Shown here: in pieces, positions 6,454-11,577 of the stretch
Numbering within the stretch: position 1 is the stretch's first letter
Layout of the letters: each line of letters starts with the position of its first letter
NCBI GenBank assembly: GCA_041746255.1
Contig: JBGTHM010000041.1
Coordinates: 1-11,577 of the forward strand
Reading direction: 5' to 3'
DNA length: 11,577 nt
DNA from: Fibrobacteria bacterium
GTDB lineage: Bacteria; Fibrobacterota; Fibrobacteria; UBA11236
The notes under the pieces: model-generated
Told to the model about the DNA's origin: nothing
Database searches by the model: none
Seen by the model: the letters and a program-made list of their open reading frames with translations, nothing else
Position numbers and translations under genes: made by a program

Positions 6454-8622
6454 ATGGAAAAAATTTACTCAAATAAAATATGGGTCTCATTTTTACGGTA
6501 CATTGAAAAAAATCACGGCAAGAACACGGTTCGTGACATTCTTAACGAATTATCGGTTGACGAAGTAGAACTAAGCGACCCGGCGGGATTTCAAACCGAC
6601 GAGTGGGCGATACGGTTTGCCGAAGTCGCCATGAAGTATACGAACGATTCTCAATTGGCTTACCACTGTGGCCTGAATTTTTCCGATAGCCTGGGAATTA
6701 TTGGAAGCATGGCGATCGGATACACATCGCCTGAAGTGGTAATGGATCAGGTCGTTAAAATTGAAACCCAGATTGCGCTGAAAACCCAGTTGAAAATGGA
6801 GAAATTGGGGAATAACCGCTATAAGGTGGCGGTTTCCTTCAAGGATGGGTTCCTGGAACACGAGATGGGCTGCCAGAATAGAGTCGGTGGGTATGAGGCC
6901 ATCCCGCGTATATTCGGTTTGCCCTATGCAAAAGTGGACCATACTAAATGCCGGTTCAAAGGTGCGGAGCAATGTGAATACTTAATTACAATGCCTGAGT
7001 CGGGTTTCATTATTTATAAAAAAATTTCCGCGATTACCTTTTTATCGGCGACTGTCTGGTTTTTGATTTCCTTCGCTACTGCTTTTAGCCAAACCAACCT
7101 TCTTGGAGCAGGCGGCTTGTTCGTGCTGGGTATAGTTCTTTATACCAAGTATAAAAGTAGGCAAGCGCAAGAGTCCTTAAAGTGGAGCATTTTTTCCACC
7201 GAAGCTTTAATAAATCAAAATTCAGAATTGATGTATTCCAACCGACAAATTTCCCACCTCCAAAAATTTACGGTAGACTTGAACAGAAGCACAAGTATAC
7301 AGCAATTATGTGATTTGACCGTGGGATTTCTGACCAAAGAATTCGACTATGGATCAAGTCAGATTTGGTTGGTGGATAATGTTGAAAAATCTGTGGTCTG
7401 CCGTAGCGCCAAAGGTTATCCGGAACAAATGGAAAAATTAATCCGGAGCACTCCCTTCGCCTTTGAAGAAAATTGGAAAAACCCAGAGGGAATTTTAGCG
7501 CAAACATTGCATGATAGAAAAACGTTAGTTGTGAATGAGGTAGAAGAAACCTCGTCGAAATTATCCAGTTCCGGAGCCGATTTTCTACGCCAACTGAATT
7601 TAAGCTCCTTTATCGTTACGCCCCTTTTTGAAATCACTCGTCCCATTGGCGTCCTGGCCGCGGAACATCATGATGGCCGGAAATTGGACAATAAGGACAA
7701 ATTATTGTTCCAATCCATATCCAATATTGTCGCAAACGCCTTGGTGAAGGCGGAGTTATTCGCTTCCATGGAAGATAAAATCCAGGAAAAAACCCGCGAC
7801 TTGGAATTTACCAGCCGGCAATTACTGGTTGCCAAGGAAATGGCCATTCAAAGCGAAAAGATGTCTTCATTGGGGCAAATGGCGGCAGGTGTGGCACATG
7901 AAATCAATAACCCTTTGAATTTTCTGGTGAATGTGATTCCTGAAATTCGTCGCGATATGGAAGGATTGAATAAAATCCGCTTGATTGCCGAAGGCTCTAT
8001 TGAAAACAAGGAGAGAATGCTTGAAATAAAGCAAATCGAGAAATCCTATGATTTGGAATCCCATTTGGAAGAGATGGAATTTGTTTTTGGCCGAATCAAA
8101 AAGGCATTGAATAAAAGCGCGCAAATCGTCAATAGTTTAAAAGTATTTTCGCGATCCTCCGATAAGGAAAAGGTTTCGGAAGAGAGCTTTCGGCAAATGA
8201 TTTCGGAGGTTTTGGAATTAATCCCTAAAACAAATATCGGTGAAACAAAAATAAATATTTCCGGTTCAGAAAACATCACTTGGAGCGTAAACAAGAATGA
8301 AATGGAACAGGCCATTCTGATTTTTATCAATAACGCGATTGACGCGATGGAGAAGCAGGGCGAACTGAAAATAGTTATCCGGGAGGAAGCGGAAGGTCCA
8401 ATGCTCCTGTTCAAGGACAGTGGCCCGGGAGTACCACCGGAAATACAACGGAAAATTTTCGACCCATTTTATACCACCAAGCCTCCCGGCAAAGGAACGG
8501 GACTGGGCCTGACCATTGCCACGGAAATTGTCAAGAAATATGGTGGAAAAATCGAGCTGATTTCCAAGCCCGGTGAGGGAGCGTCCTTTTTGCTTTATTT
8601 TGAAAATACGCGTAGGCAGTAA
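6454..8622 (+). CDS. Membrane sensor histidine kinase: H-NOX/V4R-like N-terminal sensor, 2 TM, GAF, HisKA, HATPase_c
   Basis: H-box GVAHEINNPLN, N-box EQAILIFINNAIDAM, G1 DSGPGV, F-box IFDPFYTTK, G2 GKGTGLGL. GAF: SQIWLVD...SSFIVTPL...PIGVLAAE...LLFQSISNIVANAL. Two hydrophobic helices at ~aa190-232. V4R-type C(QNR.G)...H-x2-C-x7-C (HTKCRFKGAEQCEY). Confidence 0.93.
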   Translation: MEKIYSNKIWVSFLRYIEKNHGKNTVRDILNELSVDEVELSDPAGFQTDEWAIRFAEVAMKYTNDSQLAYHCGLNFSDSLGIIGSMAIGYTSPEVVMDQVVKIETQIALKTQLKMEKLGNNRYKVAVSFKDGFLEHEMGCQNRVGGYEAIPRIFGLPYAKVDHTKCRFKGAEQCEYLITMPESGFIIYKKISAITFLSATVWFLISFATAFSQTNLLGAGGLFVLGIVLYTKYKSRQAQESLKWSIFSTEALINQNSELMYSNRQISHLQKFTVDLNRSTSIQQLCDLTVGFLTKEFDYGSSQIWLVDNVEKSVVCRSAKGYPEQMEKLIRSTPFAFEENWKNPEGILAQTLHDRKTLVVNEVEETSSKLSSSGADFLRQLNLSSFIVTPLFEITRPIGVLAAEHHDGRKLDNKDKLLFQSISNIVANALVKAELFASMEDKIQEKTRDLEFTSRQLLVAKEMAIQSEKMSSLGQMAAGVAHEINNPLNFLVNVIPEIRRDMEGLNKIRLIAEGSIENKERMLEIKQIEKSYDLESHLEEMEFVFGRIKKALNKSAQIVNSLKVFSRSSDKEKVSEESFRQMISEVLELIPKTNIGETKINISGSENITWSVNKNEMEQAILIFINNAIDAMEKQGELKIVIREEAEGPMLLFKDSGPGVPPEIQRKIFDPFYTTKPPGKGTGLGLTIATEIVKKYGGKIELISKPGEGASFLLYFENTRRQ

Positions 8623-8640
8623 TTCGGGTGGAAACCCGAG
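8623..8640. terminator. Small hairpin between convergent stop codons, possible bidirectional terminator
   Basis: TTCGGGT-GGAA-ACCCGAG fills most of the 22-bp gap between the stops at 8622 and 8645. There is no strong U-tract. Confidence 0.4.
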
Positions 8641-8644
8641 CTAA

Positions 8645-9991
8645 TCATTTCGCGGTGACTGTGGCATATTCATTAAATTCGATAGCCGCGCCAGGGATCA
8701 GTTTGAATCTTCCCCGCGCAGTTTTCTGAATAACCAGTTTCGAATTTTCACTTGTGAGTTTATCGATTAACCTGGAAAATCGTATTTCGAAATTCGAATT
8801 TTTCTGCCCCAAGGTGATTTCGAATGATCGCTTCAATTCCCTGTATTCAAATTCAGATTTACCATCATTGAGATAGGACAACAGAAGTTGTTTCAGTATT
8901 TTTGCAGGAATTCCTTTGATGAGCGTTTTTCCGTCCAGGGTAATACTCTCATCCGCTTCAAAATAGCAATACACTTCCTTGGGAGAGAGAAGCTGCAGAA
9001 CCAGTTCATGCTGCCTTCGAATATCCGGTGTAGTGCGCCTGTCTTCGTTTTCTGCATTTGCCAATAGTTTGCTAATGGGTATTTGATTGGGTCTTTCGGT
9101 CTTTTCATGCTTGATTAGAATGGAGTAAAGCGGGGACGAATAACATGCTCCTTTGTATATGACAACCCTTTTCCTTCGCGGGCAAAAATAGTCCCGTTCC
9201 GCTTTCCACACCGTCCAATTCGGCACTTTGAATTTCGATAAGTTGAGTTTATGTTCAAGTTGAAAATCGGACATGGACTTTTTTTTCGCGAGCAATTCGC
9301 CATCGTGAATGATTTCGGATGCGTATTCCTCATAGTCGCCCTCCCACAACAAGTCTTTGATGGTCCGTCGATCGGCAATCAATTGTATATGTTCAAAGGG
9401 AGACAAGCCAAAACTTAGCGGGAGCCATCTGATTTGTTCAATCGCGATCAAATCATAATTGAAAGGGATGTTGTCAAAGGTTTCCAAATCATCGATATAG
9501 ATCATATGGGAGAAAGTCGTCTTTCCTTCTACAACCTTTTTGACTCTTTGAAATGTGTGGTTCGGAAAGAGATTTTCGATAAAAAGTTTTCCGATAGGAA
9601 AGAACACTTCCCGGACGTCATTAACCCGGATAAACAGGCCGATAATAGGAAGAATCCATTGCAAAAAGGTTCCAGTACTTACAAAAGTACCGCTATTGGC
9701 CATTATCAGCATTTTCCGGTGGAATTCAACGGCATCCAGGCCTCTATCCACCATGAAGGGCTCGATTTCCTGGGTCATGGCATGATGCCAACGAACTGGC
9801 ACTTTCATATTCTTAGTCCAGAGGCATTCCACCAAAGCGGCGTCGAAACACTCCTTGTCGTCCACGGTGAAGCCGTGACCCCGCCAAAAATCGGCGACGG
9901 TTTCCGCAGGTAATTCAGCCAATTGGGCCAAATAAAAGCTACGCCAGAATTCATGGCGTGCTAAAGTCTCAGCATTTTTTTTAGGAGTCAT
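8645..9991 (-). CDS. Putative one-component transcriptional regulator: uncharacterised N-terminal sensor domain plus C-terminal winged-helix DNA-binding domain
   Basis: The ORF track starts at TTG 10081; ATG 9991 (448 aa) is preferred because similarity to the paralog begins 11 aa later. The C-terminus DESITLDGKTLIKGIPAKILKQLL...EFEYRELK...NFEIRFSRLIDKL...IQKTARGRFKL has an OmpR/ToxR-like winged-helix layout. No receiver domain is visible. Confidence 0.7.
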   Translation of the reverse strand: MTPKKNAETLARHEFWRSFYLAQLAELPAETVADFWRGHGFTVDDKECFDAALVECLWTKNMKVPVRWHHAMTQEIEPFMVDRGLDAVEFHRKMLIMANSGTFVSTGTFLQWILPIIGLFIRVNDVREVFFPIGKLFIENLFPNHTFQRVKKVVEGKTTFSHMIYIDDLETFDNIPFNYDLIAIEQIRWLPLSFGLSPFEHIQLIADRRTIKDLLWEGDYEEYASEIIHDGELLAKKKSMSDFQLEHKLNLSKFKVPNWTVWKAERDYFCPRRKRVVIYKGACYSSPLYSILIKHEKTERPNQIPISKLLANAENEDRRTTPDIRRQHELVLQLLSPKEVYCYFEADESITLDGKTLIKGIPAKILKQLLLSYLNDGKSEFEYRELKRSFEITLGQKNSNFEIRFSRLIDKLTSENSKLVIQKTARGRFKLIPGAAIEFNEYATVTAK

Positions 9992-10230
9992 TTTTGAATT
10001 TTGAAAAAATCGATGCGACCTGGACACAATTACCATGGATGCGAGGTCTAGAAAGTAGCAACCCTTTTGATCTTGCCACAACTACATTTCGATTGAAATT
10101 ACAGGAAATTTGGCTGAAATCCCAAATAGCTGGACAACCAGAGCTGCCTAACTCCCACAATCGAATTATGCTGCAAATCCGTCGACAAGTGGGCTTTCGG
10201 TGTCTCCCCGGAGGTTGAGTCAAAGTCGAC

Positions 10231-10259
10231 TTGACCTCCCCTTGTTCAGAATGTACACT
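10231..10259 (+). promoter_or_regulatory. Sigma70-type promoter of the TA operon
   Basis: TTGACC (10231-10236), 17 bp, TACACT (10254-10259), 32 bp upstream of the antitoxin ATG. Confidence 0.7.
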
Positions 10260-10283
10260 TAAGTACATAAATATGTACTTAAG
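10258..10283. promoter_or_regulatory. TA autorepression operator (perfect 12-bp inverted repeat)
   Basis: CTTAAGTACATA-AA-TATGTACTTAAG overlaps the -10 box and the likely transcription start. A third GTAC core (ATGTACAC, 10251-10258) lies in the -10 region. TGTAC(A) cores are typical of Phd/YefM operators. Confidence 0.8.
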
Positions 10284-10291
10284 GGGATATC

Positions 10292-10522
10292 ATGAAAACC
10301 GCTAACTTTACCGAGTTTCGCAAGCACGCCGCTGCGTTCCTGGATGATGTCGAAAAAGGTGAGGTCGTCCGGATTTTAAGGCATGGAAAAGCCGTCGCCG
10401 ATTTAACCCCCATACATTCGGAGGATAACCCCTCCTGGAAAAGGATGCCCCCCAGGCTTCCGTTGAGCGGCGTCTCCCTGTCCAAGGCCATCCTGCAAAA
10501 CCGGAAAGATGCTGCAAGTTGA
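10292..10522 (+). CDS. Type II antitoxin, Phd/YefM family
   Basis: MKTANFTEFRKHAAAFLDDVEKGEVVRILRHGKAVADLTP is a classic Phd/YefM N-terminal DNA-binding domain. RBS AAGGGG. The stop overlaps the toxin start (TTGA). Confidence 0.93.
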   Translation: MKTANFTEFRKHAAAFLDDVEKGEVVRILRHGKAVADLTPIHSEDNPSWKRMPPRLPLSGVSLSKAILQNRKDAAS

Positions 10523-10941
10523 AGGTCTTTTTCGACTCCTCGGCCCTGGTCAAAAGGTATGTCCCCGAAAAGGGAACGGATACAGTGCTCCTAATCTGCG
10601 AACAGGCCAGCCAGCTAGGGATATCCGTAATCTGTTATCCGGAAATCATTTCCGCTCTCTGCCGATTACGGCGAGATAAGCAGATTGATGGCTCGCACTA
10701 TGTGACCGCCAAGCAAGGTATCGCCCAGGATCTGCGGGATGCGACTTTGTGCAATATCACCGAAACCACTGTGCTTCAGGCCATCCTGCTTCTGGAGGAA
10801 AATACCTTGCGGGCAATGGACTCCTTCCACATCGCTGCTGCTTTGGAATGGGGAGCGGACCTTTTCGTATCTAGTGACCTTCACCAGAGCAAGGCCGCGA
10901 AAAAAGCCGGGCTTAACGTCCGAACGGTTCCAGGCACATGA
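10519..10941 (+). CDS. vapC: Type II toxin, VapC family PIN-domain ribonuclease
   Basis: 140 aa with a TTG start. PIN acidic residues: D6 (FFDSSALVK), E42 (YPEIISAL), D101 (LRAMDSFHIAAA) and D120 (FVSSD). Confidence 0.93.
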   Translation: MKVFFDSSALVKRYVPEKGTDTVLLICEQASQLGISVICYPEIISALCRLRRDKQIDGSHYVTAKQGIAQDLRDATLCNITETTVLQAILLLEENTLRAMDSFHIAAALEWGADLFVSSDLHQSKAAKKAGLNVRTVPGT

Positions 10942-10985
10942 CCATCGCATACAACAACCAGGGCCAACCCACGGGCGTCCAATGA
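10938..10985 (+). other. 15-codon mini-ORF (MTIAYNNQGQPTGVQ) bridging vapC and the downstream gene
   Basis: ATG 10938 overlaps the vapC stop (ATGA), and its own stop TGA 10983-10985 overlaps ATG 10982 (ATGA). Translation is unproven. Confidence 0.3.
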
Positions 10986-11494
10986 CCAGTGGAGATCCGA
11001 ACCCAATCCGAGGAATATTCGGGAACCGCTCTACGGTCCAAATCCGCCATGATTTCAAACGCTCCTGTTACCGTGCCATGCTATCCGAATTTCCGCCCGA
11101 GGATGTGAAAGAGTATTTCTCCAAGGTTCCCTTAATGATTGGGGATGTCCCGTACCGAGGGAAAGACCTTTTTCGTCTGCTTTGGAAGAAGTCGGCCAAG
11201 ATTCCGGCGTCATGGGATGCCGCCACGGATAATCTACTCGAAGCCTTCCTCCTGGAAAAGAACGCGGATCCGCAGGCCTTTATCCGCAAAATCCTTTGGT
11301 ATTGCAACGGAAGCTCCCCAACGCCGGGAAGGGTCACCTTGACCTGGATTTATCCCAAACTCGAATCATGGTTCAAATCCATCGACCCCCGGGATGCCGG
11401 AGTATCCCTCATCAATTTTTTCGTAGAGATGTGGCTCCCTGACCTTCACCCCAAAAACTGGATCAAATTCGATGCGAAAAATGGCATTTTTTAA
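10982..11494 (+). pseudogene. Paralog of the 8645..9991 regulator, interrupted by an IS at 11440
   Basis: A hand ungapped alignment from RHDFKRSCY to EMWLP against RHEFWRSFY to ENLFP gives 38/132 identities (~29%). Similarity stops exactly where the IS end begins, and the last 17 aa are IS-derived. Confidence 0.8.
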
Positions 11495-11577
11495 CTCATC
11501 GAAGGAGATCAAAAATGAAGGGCAAAAGGTATTCGGACGAGCAGATTATTTACGCCATTCGGCAAGTCGAAGCAGGC
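11440..11577 (+). mobile_element. IS3-family insertion sequence (probably IS407 group), left end; continues beyond the window
   Basis: TG-initial terminal repeat-like sequence TGACCTTCACCCCAAAAACTGGATCA at 11440-11465, followed by RBS GAAGGAG and an OrfA start. Confidence 0.85.
11515..11577 (+). CDS. IS3-family transposase OrfA, N-terminal 21 codons (partial)
   Basis: MKGKRYSDEQIIYAIRQVEAG matches the MKKxRFxEEQIIxILxxxEAG HTH start of IS3/IS407-group OrfA. Not in the ORF track. Confidence 0.88.
   Translation, partial: MKGKRYSDEQIIYAIRQVEAG

Noticed and set aside
6454..7010. Heme/NO-binding H-NOX sensor
   Set aside because: No YxSxR heme-propionate motif is seen; the Cys/His pattern fits V4R better.
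9992..10081. TTG 10081 or ATG 10036 as the regulator start
   Set aside because: No SD support and no paralog similarity in the extension. ATG 9991 is preferred but also lacks an SD, so it is not certain.
10197..10222. Possible decayed IS3-type end resembling 11440-11465
   Set aside because: Only 13/26 identities, no terminal TG and no transposase remnant.
10739..10981. N-terminal extension of the 251-aa ORF 10739..11494
   Set aside because: It overlaps vapC by ~200 bp, and paralog similarity begins only after ATG 10982.
1..11577. CRISPR array, tRNA, rRNA or retron-type defence locus
   Set aside because: No spaced direct repeats, cloverleaf, rRNA-like sequence or reverse transcriptase motifs were seen by eye.

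Overview
Bacterial DNA, possibly Fibrobacterota-like (inferred only from protein style). From left to right: (1) two minus-strand secreted proteins, a PQQ-dependent glucose/sorbosone-type dehydrogenase running off the left edge and missing from the ORF track, and a small beta-sandwich protein. (2) A tight minus-strand three-gene operon: PilZ-PilZ-GNAT (FeeM/LuxI-like acyltransferase), a heme-oxygenase-like diiron oxidase (HDO), and a second PilZ-PilZ-GNAT paralog. (3) A divergent orphan membrane histidine kinase (V4R-like sensor, 2 TM, GAF, HisKA, HATPase). (4) A convergent one-component regulator-like protein with an unknown, possibly V4R-related N-terminus and a C-terminal winged helix. (5) A Phd/YefM-VapC toxin-antitoxin pair with a clear sigma70 promoter and palindromic operator. 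(6) A paralog of the regulator, interrupted by an IS3-family element whose left end and OrfA start close the window. The most interesting inference is a candidate c-di-GMP-gated N-acyl small-molecule synthesis operon paired with V4R-type sensors, i.e. a possible undescribed signalling or quorum-like system. No database searches were run; family calls rest on motif recognition.
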